Source: a bacterium (GTDB lineage Bacteria; Hinthialibacterota; Hinthialibacteria; Hinthialibacterales; Hinthialibacteraceae). Taken from it: a stretch of DNA of 64,000 nucleotides. Positions 42,486 through 52,578 of this stretch are shown here, piece by piece; within the stretch, counting starts at the first letter, position 1, and the number at the start of each line of letters is the position of its first letter. Made by a program: the position numbers and the translations under genes. A model generated the notes under the pieces. That model did not search any database. It had not been told where the DNA came from and saw only the letters and a list, made by a program, of their open reading frames with translations. The stretch is from contig CAXXMV010000008.1 in NCBI GenBank assembly GCA_963662285.2, positions 864,001 through 928,000 on the forward strand. The letters run 5' to 3'.

Positions 42486-43004
42486 CTATGGGATTGATGG
42501 AGCATTAGGCGGCGCCGTGTAGGTGCGCGTTGCGAGTTGCTGATCGATCATGAATAACCCTGAACCATGTCCAGCCACCAGTTTAAGTTTCTGCACTATA
42601 CCGTCAGCGGACGCCTCTTCTTCAACCTGTTCGCTGACGAACCATTGCAGGAAGGCGTTGGTGGCGTGATCGCTTTCTTTGATCGCGAGGTCAACCAAGT
42701 GGTTTATCAAGCCGGTTACTTTCTGTTCGTGTTCGTAAATGGCTTCAAAAGCAGCCAAAGGAGAAGCCCATTCTGTTTCAGGGGCATCGATAGCAGTCAT
42801 CTTAACTTTGCCACCGCGTTCCAAGAGGTAATCGTTAAACATGGCCGCATGGGTCATCTCTTCAGCGGTTTGAACCTTCATCCAGGTGGCCATGCCTTCC
42901 AGGTTGAGGGAATGAAAATAGGCTGACATTGAATAATACAAATAAGACGAATAGAGTTCGGCGTTGATTTGCTTATTCAGGGCTTCTTCAATTGTTTTGT
43001 TCAC
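42486..43004 (-). CDS. ftnA: Non-heme ferritin
   Basis: QINAELYSSYLY, EEMTHA, HEQKVT, WFVSEQVEEE; GTG start with RBS. Confidence 0.95.
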   Translation of the reverse strand: MNKTIEEALNKQINAELYSSYLYYSMSAYFHSLNLEGMATWMKVQTAEEMTHAAMFNDYLLERGGKVKMTAIDAPETEWASPLAAFEAIYEHEQKVTGLINHLVDLAIKESDHATNAFLQWFVSEQVEEEASADGIVQKLKLVAGHGSGLFMIDQQLATRTYTAPPNAPSIP

Positions 43005-43033
43005 GGGAATGTCTCCTTTTTTTAGATGTATCT

Positions 43034-43744
43034 TTAATTTTTTGAATAGTGATTATCCAATACTTTTTGGGCCAGATCGCATACTTTAACTGTAGAGTGC
43101 CGGCCATCCCAGAAGAACGGGATTTCGTTTTGGTCATGCAGAAATCGTTCAAATAGCTGGCGGTTGTTTCCGTCATCAAGCAACCCGGCTGACCATATAG
43201 CCATTCCCCTGACATTCGGATCATTTGATTCGAAAAAGGGGATGACATACTCTAAAGCATTATGAGAACGAAGCAACGGAGCTTGCGCCTGAGCCAATCG
43301 GGCAAAGCCCCACAAAACTCCGCATTGCAAAGGTTCGAATTCGAGAAAGCTGCCATCTAACATGACGAACGAAACGAGGATATTAACGAACTCTTTCGCC
43401 AGGCCTTCATGGCAGGCCATGATTTCTGCTAAAGTTTCTGGAGCGCCCCAGCCGATGCCGCCGGATTCTTCATACAGACTCCAGATCAAACGCCGCATAA
43501 CAGCGCGGGCAGATTCCATATCCTGATTGGCCAGATCGGCGGTTACCAAACCCATCGCAGTTACCGCACGCCATTTAACCACCAGATTACTGCCAGGCAA
43601 GAGTGAAATCAGAGCATGGGTGGCGCGCCCTTTAGGCAGTTGCAGCAACTCATTGAATTTATGCTCGAAATCAGAAGATTCGAGCAACATCCTAATTTCA
43701 CGCTTAAAAGATCTACCTCTATGTTCCTGTTTCATAATATTCAT
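43034..43744 (-). CDS. HEAT-repeat protein (DVU0298-like)
   Basis: RRLIWSL.EESGGIGWGAPE motif. Confidence 0.75.
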   Translation of the reverse strand: MNIMKQEHRGRSFKREIRMLLESSDFEHKFNELLQLPKGRATHALISLLPGSNLVVKWRAVTAMGLVTADLANQDMESARAVMRRLIWSLYEESGGIGWGAPETLAEIMACHEGLAKEFVNILVSFVMLDGSFLEFEPLQCGVLWGFARLAQAQAPLLRSHNALEYVIPFFESNDPNVRGMAIWSAGLLDDGNNRQLFERFLHDQNEIPFFWDGRHSTVKVCDLAQKVLDNHYSKN

Positions 43745-43766
43745 AATAACAACCGGGATTTACTTT

Positions 43767-44591
43767 TTACCCCAAAGCCACATCGAGCGACATCATAAGC
43801 GCGAATCCCCCGATTGTGCCAATTGTGGCTAAATCGTTATGATGCTCCCGCTGGGATTCAGGGATCAATTCCTCTACAACCACAAAGATCATAGCGCCCG
43901 CGGCGAAGGCCAATCCATAAGGCAAGAGCGCTTCCATTGAAATCACCAGCCACGCGCCCAACACTCCGGCAATCGGTTCTACAATGCCGGAAGCCTGGCC
44001 GTACATAAATGATTTGAAACGTCCCATGCCCTCACGGCGCAACGGCATAGCCACCGCCAACCCTTCGGGGAAATTCTGCAAACCGATGCCAATAGCCAGC
44101 GCAATGCCGCCCATCATCATGGTATGCGCCTGAGCCGCGTTAGTTGCATGAGCCACAACTCCAAAAGCAACTCCAACCGCCAAGCCTTCAGGAATATTAT
44201 GCAGGGTGATAGCCATAACCAGCAACACGCTGCGCTGCCAGGATGTTTTGATGCCTTCCGCTTCGGATAAATCCAGCCCAAGGTGCAAGTGGGGAAGAAT
44301 TTTATCTACGCCATAGAGAAAGAATCCACCCGCCAGGAAACCAATTACCGCCGGTTTCCAGTCGCCGCCAGACATTTCTATCGATGGAGCGAGCAGCGAC
44401 CAGTAACTGGCGGCGATCATAACTCCCGCCGCCATTCCCAGCATGCCATCCATCACCTTTTGATTTAAGCGCTTGGTAAACAAGACGGGCGCGGCGCCGA
44501 GAGCGGTAACGAACCAAGTGAACAAGGTCGCCATCAACGCTTGCATTACGGGATGTGAATCTTGAAAAAATTTTATCAAATGTTCTTGCAT
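43767..44591 (-). CDS. ZIP-family metal transporter
   Basis: HNIPEGLAVG, QNFPEG, VEELIPE. Confidence 0.93.
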   Translation of the reverse strand: MQEHLIKFFQDSHPVMQALMATLFTWFVTALGAAPVLFTKRLNQKVMDGMLGMAAGVMIAASYWSLLAPSIEMSGGDWKPAVIGFLAGGFFLYGVDKILPHLHLGLDLSEAEGIKTSWQRSVLLVMAITLHNIPEGLAVGVAFGVVAHATNAAQAHTMMMGGIALAIGIGLQNFPEGLAVAMPLRREGMGRFKSFMYGQASGIVEPIAGVLGAWLVISMEALLPYGLAFAAGAMIFVVVEELIPESQREHHNDLATIGTIGGFALMMSLDVALG

Positions 44592-44676
44592 GACCGAGGC
44601 TCCAAGAGTCTTTATTCTTCAGAAGGTAGGATTAGCAAAAAGCGTCAGCGTCGCCCACCAAAGTTAACTTATATAT

Positions 44677-44838
44677 TTAATCTTCAGGTGAAAATTCATC
44701 TATACTTGCGTCGCATTCAGGACAGACAAAGTCATCGGGTAGATCTGCAAACAGCGTACCCGGCGCAATGCCTTGTTCTGGAAGTCCTGCCTCAGGATCG
44801 TAAATCCACCCGCAGATGTCGCATATATACTTTTCCAT
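44677..44838 (-). CDS. rub: Rubredoxin, 53 aa (absent from ORF track)
   Basis: Hand translation [53 protein letters not shown]; two CxxC; RBS ggag. Confidence 0.95.
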   Translation of the reverse strand: MEKYICDICGWIYDPEAGLPEQGIAPGTLFADLPDDFVCPECDASIDEFSPED

Positions 44839-44944
44839 TATATTTTCTCCATTTAGCGATTTGTAGAAGCCAGAAAAGATGGGCTTCTGCGAAGCCCAGT
44901 TTCTTTTGCCGGGGGCTGGATATAATTACCCTTCACCTTAACGC

Positions 44945-45085
44945 CAATGTCATTAAGTTAAGGTATTTCATCCTATCTTTGGTGGTTTGATCAAGGGCTG
45001 ACCGCATTGCGGTCTTGCCCTTGGCGCCCATCCTTCGTTTTTTTTTACCCTCACCCTAGCCCCCCTCCCGTGGGGAGAGGGGACG
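44945..45085. repeat. IS4-type end plus A plus D composite; sister copy at 45838-45985
   Basis: caatgtcattaagttaaggtatttcat.ctatctttggtggtttgatcaagggc.. on both sides of rbr. Confidence 0.85.
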
Positions 45086-45199
45086 AGGTTGCCCGACATT
45101 ATGAGTTGGATATATTACTAGAATATGAATCCATATCGACGAAGTAAAAAATTAAATTATTAGATTGGCTGAACGCCAATCACTTTATCACAATAGACA

Positions 45200-45772
45200 C
45201 TACCAGTTTTCACCCAGCAATTCGAAATGAGCTTGAGGATGTGCGCATGCCGGACAAACGCCGGGCGCTTCTTCGCCTTCGTGCAGGTATCCACAATTAC
45301 GGCAGCGCCAGACGACTTTTTTATCTTTCTTAAAGACTGTTCCCGCTTCAACATTGGCCATGAGATCCAGGAATCGTTTTTCATGCTGTTTTTCGGCAAC
45401 GGCTATAGCCTCGAAAGTTTTAGCAATTACATCAAATCCTTCTTCTCTGGCTATATTGGCGAACTCAGGATACATGCTTTCCCATTCGTGATGTTCTCCA
45501 CCAGCCGATGCTTTTAAGTTCTCAGCAGTCGAAGCGATGACGCCCGCCGGGAAAGCGGCCTGGATTTCAACATCACCGCCTTTAAGGAATTTGAATAATC
45601 TTTTGGCGTGTTCTTTCTCTTGATTGGCGGTCTCTTCAAAAATATCAGCGATTTGGACGAAGCCTTCTTTTTTGGCGGCGCCTGCGAAATAAGTGTAGCG
45701 ATTTCGGGCCTGTGATTCACCGGCGAATGCGGTGAGTATGTTTTTTTCTGTTTTGCTACCTTGTAAATCCAT
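45200..45772 (-). CDS. rbr: Rubrerythrin
   Basis: FAGESQARNRY, EKEHA, EKQHE, WRCRNCGY..CPACAH. Confidence 0.97.
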   Translation of the reverse strand: MDLQGSKTEKNILTAFAGESQARNRYTYFAGAAKKEGFVQIADIFEETANQEKEHAKRLFKFLKGGDVEIQAAFPAGVIASTAENLKASAGGEHHEWESMYPEFANIAREEGFDVIAKTFEAIAVAEKQHEKRFLDLMANVEAGTVFKKDKKVVWRCRNCGYLHEGEEAPGVCPACAHPQAHFELLGENW

Positions 45773-46036
45773 TGCTTTTATCTCCTTTATTATTGATTGT
45801 TGTATGAAATATACCTAGTCTCATTTTACGCTAGCACCAATGTCATTAAGTTAAGGTATTTCATTCTATCTTTGGTGGTTTGATCAAGGGCTGAGCGCAT
45901 TGCGCTCTTGCCCTTGGCACCCTTAATTTGTCATGGGGGGGTAATTACCCCTCACCCTAGCCCTCTCCCGTGGGGGGAGGGGACTTGGGTGCATGGCATA
46001 ATAAATTGGTCAAAGTACTAGAGCAATAGAAAGAAT

Positions 46037-46417
46037 TTACGAAGTTTTCCACAATCCATGTAGGTTGCAAAATTCTCGCGCAGTGATTTCATTTCCTTCA
46101 ACCGGGAAGAAAGCTTCTGGAGCGTCGCCCGGATTCAAGAACTGGCGATAGGACTTACCGTCGACAATCACTTCGATCCACTCGATATAGTGCTCATCCT
46201 GCATGGGATGATTGACCGATCCGACTGTAACCTTGACGCCGCCATCGACTTTCTCGATTACTGGAACATGTTTTTCCTGGGCTGCGTCGGTGCTGTTTTC
46301 ATTGAGCAATTCCATGGGCTTGCCGCAACAAACCAGACTTCCGGCGCCGCCACGGATTACTTGGACCATGTTTCCACAACTATTACATCTGTAAATCTGT
46401 TGTTTTACAGCAGACAT
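46037..46417 (-). CDS. dfx: Desulfoferrodoxin (superoxide reductase)
   Basis: CNSCGN, CCG, EKHVP, HPM..HYI, CNLHGLW. Confidence 0.97.
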   Translation of the reverse strand: MSAVKQQIYRCNSCGNMVQVIRGGAGSLVCCGKPMELLNENSTDAAQEKHVPVIEKVDGGVKVTVGSVNHPMQDEHYIEWIEVIVDGKSYRQFLNPGDAPEAFFPVEGNEITAREFCNLHGLWKTS

Positions 46418-46491
46418 GTTTTTACTCCTATTTATTTTATTTTTAACAAATTCTGGTCAATGGAAAAATCAGAAACCTTGAGAAGCGTTTC

Positions 46492-46935
46492 TTATCCATA
46501 GGGATACATACCCTTTTTGATCGATTCTAAATTAGCGAGAATCGCGTTGTGTTTTTCTTCGTCCTTAAGAAGATAATCGAGAAGATAACTTTGGACGACC
46601 ATTCCTTTTTTGCCTTCAGCAGCTTTTAAGCTTGCTTTAGCAATTTCTACGGTCTCTTTTTCGAGTTCGATATGCTTTTCGATGGCGCCCCAGACTTCAC
46701 CCACTTCTTCTGGCGCCAGTGTAATAGCCTTGCTTTCGAGGCTGTCGGCGATCAATTCCTGAATACGGTAGTGCATTTGAGAATCGCGTTGAATAATCTC
46801 CATTACCAACCGGACAATCGGATTTTCAGTCTGCTCGATGATTTTACCAGTCGAAGCAACCGATGCGTTCTCGATCTTCTGCCATTTCCGCATATTCTTA
46901 ACGATTGTTTCCTGCGCTTCTTTAACGCTCATCAA
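46492..46935 (-). CDS. Ferritin-like hypothetical protein
   Basis: IE, DSQMH, HIELE, DEEKH carboxylate/His spacing typical of a four-helix bundle. Confidence 0.7.
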   Translation of the reverse strand: MMSVKEAQETIVKNMRKWQKIENASVASTGKIIEQTENPIVRLVMEIIQRDSQMHYRIQELIADSLESKAITLAPEEVGEVWGAIEKHIELEKETVEIAKASLKAAEGKKGMVVQSYLLDYLLKDEEKHNAILANLESIKKGMYPYG

Positions 46936-47001
46936 TTATCTCCTTAGAATATTGTATTATAAGTGAATCATTGTTATTCATACCAAATAATGGGACTGGA
47001 A

Positions 47002-47589
47002 TCAACCGTGTTTCGCCAAGTATGCAGCAACGCCATCGGCGGTCGGTTTCATGGAGTCATCGCCTTGGCGCCAATTTGCCGGGCAGACATCTCCATGTTT
47101 TTCAGAGAACTGAAGGGCGTCGACGATGCGCAAGGCTTCATCTGTGCTTCGCCCCAAGGGTAGATCATTTATCAGCGCGTGGCGGATAATGCCTTCTTTA
47201 TCGATGATGAAGAGTCCGCGCAAGGCCAATGAATCATTAAACAATACATCGTAACTCTTCGATATGCTATGGTTTAGGTCAGAAACTAGCGGGTACTGGA
47301 TATTACCGATGCCGCCCTTGTCGCGCGGCGTGTTCTTCCAGGCGAGATGGGTGAAATGCGAATCAACCGACACTCCGATAACTTCGACGTTTCTTTCCTT
47401 GAATTGGGGTAAGGCTTTATCGAAAGCGATGATCTCTGACGGGCAGACAAAGGTGAAATCCAAAGGATAGAAAAACAACAGTACATATTTTCCGCGATAG
47501 GAGGATAGTTTCAATTCTTCGAAATCATTATCGACAGTGACGGCTTGAGCAGTGAAATCGGGCGCTTCCTTAGTTACAAGTGTTGACAT
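47002..47589 (-). CDS. ahpC: 2-Cys peroxiredoxin
   Basis: [13 protein letters not shown] and VCPANW. Confidence 0.96.
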   Translation of the reverse strand: MSTLVTKEAPDFTAQAVTVDNDFEELKLSSYRGKYVLLFFYPLDFTFVCPSEIIAFDKALPQFKERNVEVIGVSVDSHFTHLAWKNTPRDKGGIGNIQYPLVSDLNHSISKSYDVLFNDSLALRGLFIIDKEGIIRHALINDLPLGRSTDEALRIVDALQFSEKHGDVCPANWRQGDDSMKPTADGVAAYLAKHG

Positions 47590-47625
47590 TTTTATGACTC
47601 CTTTTCTGAGGTTATAGTTATTTAA

Positions 47626-47865
47626 TTATTCAGGATTATTCTTGTCCCATTTCCCTTGTGAGATATGGGCTTGTTTTTCCCTCTCCGCTTCAGCGCGGAT
47701 TTTATAGGCGCAGTCGCGAATGACTCCGAAAAGAACCGCGCAACCGTCATCAACACAGTGCGCTTCGCCCTCATCCGCCAAAACAATCAGCTGGCGTGAT
47801 TTTTCAAGCGCTTCCTTGATGAATTGATTGCAATTCGATTGAAGATTATTGTCTTGGTTTATCAT
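47626..47865 (-). CDS. Small Cys-containing hypothetical protein (79 aa)
   Basis: ATG 47865 with ggag RBS just downstream of the sigma54 promoter; LADEGE..CVDDGCAVLFGVIRDCAYKI. Confidence 0.75.
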   Translation of the reverse strand: MINQDNNLQSNCNQFIKEALEKSRQLIVLADEGEAHCVDDGCAVLFGVIRDCAYKIRAEAEREKQAHISQGKWDKNNPE

Positions 47866-47898
47866 TGGTTCTTCTCCGCCTTGATACTTTATATTAAT

Positions 47899-47914
47899 TG
47901 CATGAATTGTGCCA
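47899..47914 (-). promoter_or_regulatory. Sigma54 (-24/-12) promoter
   Basis: TGGCACAATTCATGCA on minus strand: GG-N10-GC. Confidence 0.85.
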
Positions 47915-48010
47915 TTTATTAATCTAAAGATGAAATTATTGATTAAATCTATATATATCAGCAAGTTATATAGTTAATTATATTATAAATTCAATATGTT
48001 CCTGATCAAA

Positions 48011-48044
48011 TATGTCTCATTAAAACATAACTTAATGAGACATA
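48011..48044. promoter_or_regulatory. Putative enhancer-binding-protein site (UAS)
   Basis: Perfect IR tatgtctcattaa-N8-ttaatgagacata about 100 bp upstream of the promoter; related tgtatcatgagaca near 48164-48177. Confidence 0.7.
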
Positions 48045-48197
48045 CATGATCTAACCAATACAGAAACAAAGGATAATTACGCATCATAACTATATATATT
48101 ACAGGTAATTATAGATATAAATCGGATAATCTCATATCGTCATACTGTATAATAAGACATAAGTGTATCATGAGACATGTATAAGGAATATTAAAAA

Positions 48198-49961
48198 TCA
48201 GGATGGATTTTCTTGGAGAAAGCGGTAAAGCGTGGCTCTGGAGACGCCCAATTCACGCGCGGCGGCCTGTTTGTTGCCGGCAGTTTTAGTTAGCGCTTGT
48301 TCAACCGCCTCGCTGGAGAGTTTCCGTTTACGCTGCGCCGGTTCGGACTTATGGGTGGGAGAAAAGGCGTCGTGCGAAGAATGACGGGGAGGAAAATGCT
48401 CTGGATGGATTATATCGCCCTTGCATTTTAGCAAGGCGAACTGAATCCAATTTTGCAATTCCCGTATGTTTCCAGGCCAGTCGTAGGATCGCATAACGCG
48501 CAGGGCTTCATCGGATAAGGTGACGGTTTCGCGTTGATTTTCATCCAAAGCCCGCTTAAGAATATGTCTGGCGATAAGGGGAATATCATCGCGCCGTTCG
48601 CGTAACGGGGGAAGGTATATCGGAGCAACGCAAAGACGATAGTATAAATCCTCGCGAATTACTTTACGCAAATCCTTGTTGGTGGCGCTGATGACCCGCA
48701 CATCCACTTTAACGGTTTTCTCGCTTCCAACGCGCTCAAAGGTTCCCTCTTGAAGAACGCGCAGCAGTTTGACCTGCATTGTAGGGGAGATATCGCCGAT
48801 TTCGTCGAGGAAAATGGTTCCACCATCGGCCAGTTCAAAGCGGCCTTTCTTGTCGCGGATGGCGCCGGTGAAAGCGCCGCGAACGTGGCCGAATAGTTCA
48901 CTTTCGAGCAAACTTTCGGGGAGAGCGCCGCAATTGATAGGTACAAACAGCCGGTCGGCTCGGGAACCTTCACGGTGAATGGCAGCGGCGACCAGTTCTT
49001 TCCCGGCGCCGCTTTCGCCTTGGATGGATACGGAAGCGTTGGAATGGGCCAGGTCGCGGATGGTGTTGAATATCTCAAGCATTTTGGGATCGCGTCCGAT
49101 AATGCCGGAAAATTGCTCGGTCTGACCCAACTGCTTTTCCAGTTCCAACTCTCGCGTTCGGTCTTTTAAGGAGACCAAAATACCTGCGGGGCGGTTCGAG
49201 GCATCGCGCATCAACTTTAGATACATCCTGATTCGGCGAGTTTGGCCATTTTTAGCGCGGATTTTAACTGGCCGTTCTATTTCGTCGAAAATGTGAGTTA
49301 TGCCAGTATTACAAAAATCGCAACGATCCCCGCAGAATCCTCCGGTGAAGATATCGTGGCAGTCCTTACCGATTACTTCATCATGGGCGTAACCTGTGAT
49401 CCGTTCGGCGGCCTGATTGTAATAATAGATTTTGCGGTTGAAGTCGTGGGCGAGGATTCCGTCCGGCAGGTTGCTCAAGATCATTTCGGTCTGGTTTTTG
49501 GTATGAGCGAGCGCCGCCAGATAACCCCGGTCGAGCAAATCATCAACCAAATGCTTGATTTGATCCCGGACGCGTCGAAAGACATCCAGTACAGCTTCAG
49601 GTTCACCTTGCGTCGCAGCGGGATCTTCGAGATTCCAATCGACGCGGGGAGGATTGCCCGGAAAGACCGGACAGATTCCAGCGGCGTGATCGCAAAGCGT
49701 AATGAGCACATCGAAGTCCTGTTCGCCCAGAGAATCCAATGTCTTCGACTTTGCCTGTGAGATATCTATCCCGACTTCCGACATTACCTTAATAGCCAGG
49801 GGATGCACTGGTTTGATTTCGGTTCCGGCGCTCAAGGCGGTGACCCGTCCGTCATTCCGCGCCCGGACATAACCCTCTGCTATCTGGCTGCGGCAGGAGT
49901 TGCCAGTGCAGAGAAACAAGAGGCGGAAGGAGTTTGATTGCTCAATTGAATTATCAGTCAT
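48198..49961 (-). CDS. Sigma54-dependent activator: ArsC/LMW-PTP + PAS + AAA+ + Fis HTH
   Basis: [11 protein letters not shown]; PAS with C-X8-C-X3-C-X2-C; [38 protein letters not shown]. Confidence 0.93.
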   Translation of the reverse strand: MTDNSIEQSNSFRLLFLCTGNSCRSQIAEGYVRARNDGRVTALSAGTEIKPVHPLAIKVMSEVGIDISQAKSKTLDSLGEQDFDVLITLCDHAAGICPVFPGNPPRVDWNLEDPAATQGEPEAVLDVFRRVRDQIKHLVDDLLDRGYLAALAHTKNQTEMILSNLPDGILAHDFNRKIYYYNQAAERITGYAHDEVIGKDCHDIFTGGFCGDRCDFCNTGITHIFDEIERPVKIRAKNGQTRRIRMYLKLMRDASNRPAGILVSLKDRTRELELEKQLGQTEQFSGIIGRDPKMLEIFNTIRDLAHSNASVSIQGESGAGKELVAAAIHREGSRADRLFVPINCGALPESLLESELFGHVRGAFTGAIRDKKGRFELADGGTIFLDEIGDISPTMQVKLLRVLQEGTFERVGSEKTVKVDVRVISATNKDLRKVIREDLYYRLCVAPIYLPPLRERRDDIPLIARHILKRALDENQRETVTLSDEALRVMRSYDWPGNIRELQNWIQFALLKCKGDIIHPEHFPPRHSSHDAFSPTHKSEPAQRKRKLSSEAVEQALTKTAGNKQAAARELGVSRATLYRFLQENPS

Positions 49962-50195
49962 TGATCGACCTGTTACTTTAAGAACCGCTCTAATATTATA
50001 TCCAGCGTTTTATTGTTTATATTATAGGTTAGAGTGGTTGGTATGATAACGTTTATATTCGCAATAATTCGGGCGATTTCAAGAATCAGTTTTTTTGAGT
50101 ATAATCATGCCGCAAGAGTATAATGCGGTGTTATAGCATAATTGCAGTGAGTATGATGGTTTAATTCTAAGTGCAAGAAAGGTTTTAAGCGTTAA

Positions 50196-51434
50196 ATGCA
50201 AGTCTACAAGATATTAGGGATTTTTAGTTTTATTTTGCTTATGACTTCCATGGTTATTGCAGAAGATTGGAATCAGTTTCGTGGACCTAAGCGGGATGGC
50301 AGATCAACGGAAAAAGGATTGCTCAAAAACTGGCCGGAAGATGGTCTGGCGACTCTTTGGTCATATCAAGGGCTTGGCCGGGGATACGCCACGGTCTCCA
50401 TAGTAGATGGAATCATCTATACAACCGGGATGATCGATGATACAGGCTATCTTTTTGCAATTCACGATAACGGTGAACTCAAATGGAAAAAGGCTTATGG
50501 TCCGGAGTGGACAGGGCCTTATCCCGGAACGCGTTGCACTCCAACAATTGACAGGAATCGCGTCTATATCATGAGCGGACATGGGCGTATTGCCTGTTTT
50601 GATAGAGAGAACAGCGATCTGATCTGGCAAGTGGATACGCTGGAGAAATTCCAGGGCAAGAATATTACATGGGGCATCGCCGAATCCGTTCTGATTGACG
50701 GTGATAAGGTTTTTTGTACTCCCGGCGGGGAGAATGCGACAATTATAGCTTTGAATAAGTATACGGGCGATACTATCTGGACAACCAAAGAATTGAGTAA
50801 TCTCTCGGCTTACTGTTCTCCGATTCTCTTCCCTGCAGGCCAAAATCGACTTTTGTTTACAATGGTGAAAGATCAGTTTGTCTGCATCAATGCAGCTGAC
50901 GGCAAAGCGCTTTGGACAATACCGCACGTTACGCGGAATAATATCGCCGCCATTACTCCAATCCGTTATTCTGGCGACCGGGTGTATTTTACCAGTCATG
51001 GTACTGGAGGAATCATGATCCGGTATGAAGAAGATGGAAGCAAGTTTACTGAACTCTGGACGAGTAAAGCCCTAGCTTGCCTGCATGGCGGCGTTATATC
51101 CCACAATGATCCTGAGATAGGAGAACGTCTGTATGGCTCAGATGAAAAAGGAAACTGGGTGTGTCAAGACATTGATACCGGCGAGGTAATATTTCAAGAA
51201 AAGATTTTAAGCGGTAAAGGATCCATCACATACGCCGATGGCATGTTTTACTGCTATAGCGAGAAGGGAACGCTCGGTTTAGTAAAACCTGTGAAAAAGG
51301 GTCTGGAACTGGTTAGTTCATTTCCTATTACAATGGGAAATCATGAACATTGGGCTTATCCGGTCATCTGCAATGGACGGCTCTATATTCGACATGGCGA
51401 TGCTTTGATGGTATTTGATATTCGGAAGAAATAG
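50196..51434 (+). CDS. PQQ-like beta-propeller protein (BamB-like family), secreted
   Basis: DWNQFRGP, repeated G..W motifs, C-terminal P....GRLYIR. Confidence 0.85.
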   Translation: MQVYKILGIFSFILLMTSMVIAEDWNQFRGPKRDGRSTEKGLLKNWPEDGLATLWSYQGLGRGYATVSIVDGIIYTTGMIDDTGYLFAIHDNGELKWKKAYGPEWTGPYPGTRCTPTIDRNRVYIMSGHGRIACFDRENSDLIWQVDTLEKFQGKNITWGIAESVLIDGDKVFCTPGGENATIIALNKYTGDTIWTTKELSNLSAYCSPILFPAGQNRLLFTMVKDQFVCINAADGKALWTIPHVTRNNIAAITPIRYSGDRVYFTSHGTGGIMIRYEEDGSKFTELWTSKALACLHGGVISHNDPEIGERLYGSDEKGNWVCQDIDTGEVIFQEKILSGKGSITYADGMFYCYSEKGTLGLVKPVKKGLELVSSFPITMGNHEHWAYPVICNGRLYIRHGDALMVFDIRKK

Positions 51435-51440
51435 GTGAAG

Positions 51441-51512
51441 TTTATAGGTGGTTTTGGTGGGCTACGCTTCGCTTTTAGCCCACCCTACCGGATTTTAGTC
51501 CACCCTACCGGC
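51441..51512. repeat. REP family F; sister copy at 52444-52535
   Basis: tttataggtgg.tttggtgggctacgcttcgcttttagcccaccctacc, 48/49 identical. Confidence 0.88.
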
Positions 51513-51521
51513 TTCGAGCAA

Positions 51522-52424
51522 TCATGGTTTGATTCTTGAACAATATACGCGCCATTGATCGACTGTTTGTTTCAGTTTTGATGGTACGTCTCCTCCTATG
51601 CCATAGCCTTGCACGGGGAATGGGCCTTTGTAGCCTGATTTAATGAAGGTTTTTACGAAGGCTTCTACATCAGTATCTCCCTCGCCTAAGGGCAGGATGC
51701 CTTCTTCTACTTTTAGTTCTTTTGCGTTGTTGCGCGAGCCGTTAATGGTTACGCAGTTTAGATGAGGCGCCGCTGCTTTAGCCAGTTCGCCCAGATTACC
51801 GGGGCCTTCCACTTTGAGCCAGTGATATAAGTTGACTGTGCAGCCTACATTATCACGCTTGAGTTTTGAGATAATACGCAGCGCATCGCTGGTTCGCTCT
51901 AACCAGGAACCGAAATGGGGATACAGCGAAATCTCCAGATTATTCTTTTCTGCGATATCCGCCGCCTGCGCCAGAAGTTTAACCGCCATCGCGTCGCCCT
52001 CAGCAGCGGAGGGAGAATGCTTTTTGCTGCTCAGGGTGAACCAAACCAGGGTATTGCGTCCTTTGAGTAGATTGATGACTTTGATAACGTTATCAGTAAG
52101 CTCTGGTGAGTCGATATTGGCGCCTATATAGATGGCGGCAATCTCAACCTCTGCATCATCCAACGTTTTCATGGTCTGTGGAAAAGCATCGAGCCTTTCT
52201 TTTGAACTCCCCAGCGAGATGCATATTCGCGGGACGCCGAGTTGCTTGAGTAATTCGGCTTGCCGGGCTGCGTCCAGATCGGTTTTATAAAACCAGCTGT
52301 TCATGATTGAGAGACGATTGAATAGATTATTGTCCTTAATTTCTGATGAAGAAGCATCCGAAAAACTTGTTGATAATATAAGTAAACATACAACAAGTTT
52401 GGTAAGTTTCTTTATGTAGATCAT
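51522..52424 (-). CDS. Xylose-isomerase-like TIM-barrel sugar epimerase, secreted
   Basis: LYPH, NLYHW, LPLGEG, GYKGP. Confidence 0.78.
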   Translation of the reverse strand: MIYIKKLTKLVVCLLILSTSFSDASSSEIKDNNLFNRLSIMNSWFYKTDLDAARQAELLKQLGVPRICISLGSSKERLDAFPQTMKTLDDAEVEIAAIYIGANIDSPELTDNVIKVINLLKGRNTLVWFTLSSKKHSPSAAEGDAMAVKLLAQAADIAEKNNLEISLYPHFGSWLERTSDALRIISKLKRDNVGCTVNLYHWLKVEGPGNLGELAKAAAPHLNCVTINGSRNNAKELKVEEGILPLGEGDTDVEAFVKTFIKSGYKGPFPVQGYGIGGDVPSKLKQTVDQWRVYCSRIKP

Positions 52425-52578
52425 TTAGATTAGCTCCTTCATATTTATAGGTGGCTTTGGTGGGCTACGCTTCGCTTTTAGCCCACCCTACCAGCTTTGG
52501 TGGGCTACGCTTTCGCTTTTAGCCCACCCTACCGGCTCTCTTGGCGCCCTTATACCATATTTGTTGAATCATTTCTGG

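Noticed and set aside
44562-44990. 142-aa plus-strand ORF
   Set aside because: Antisense shadow of the rubredoxin gene and repeat sequence
47866-47964. Upstream start for the small Cys protein
   Set aside because: Overlaps the sigma54 promoter; the RBS supports ATG 47865
48198-49961. Arsenic resistance operon
   Set aside because: The ArsC-like domain is part of a regulator; no arsR, acr3/arsB or arsM nearby
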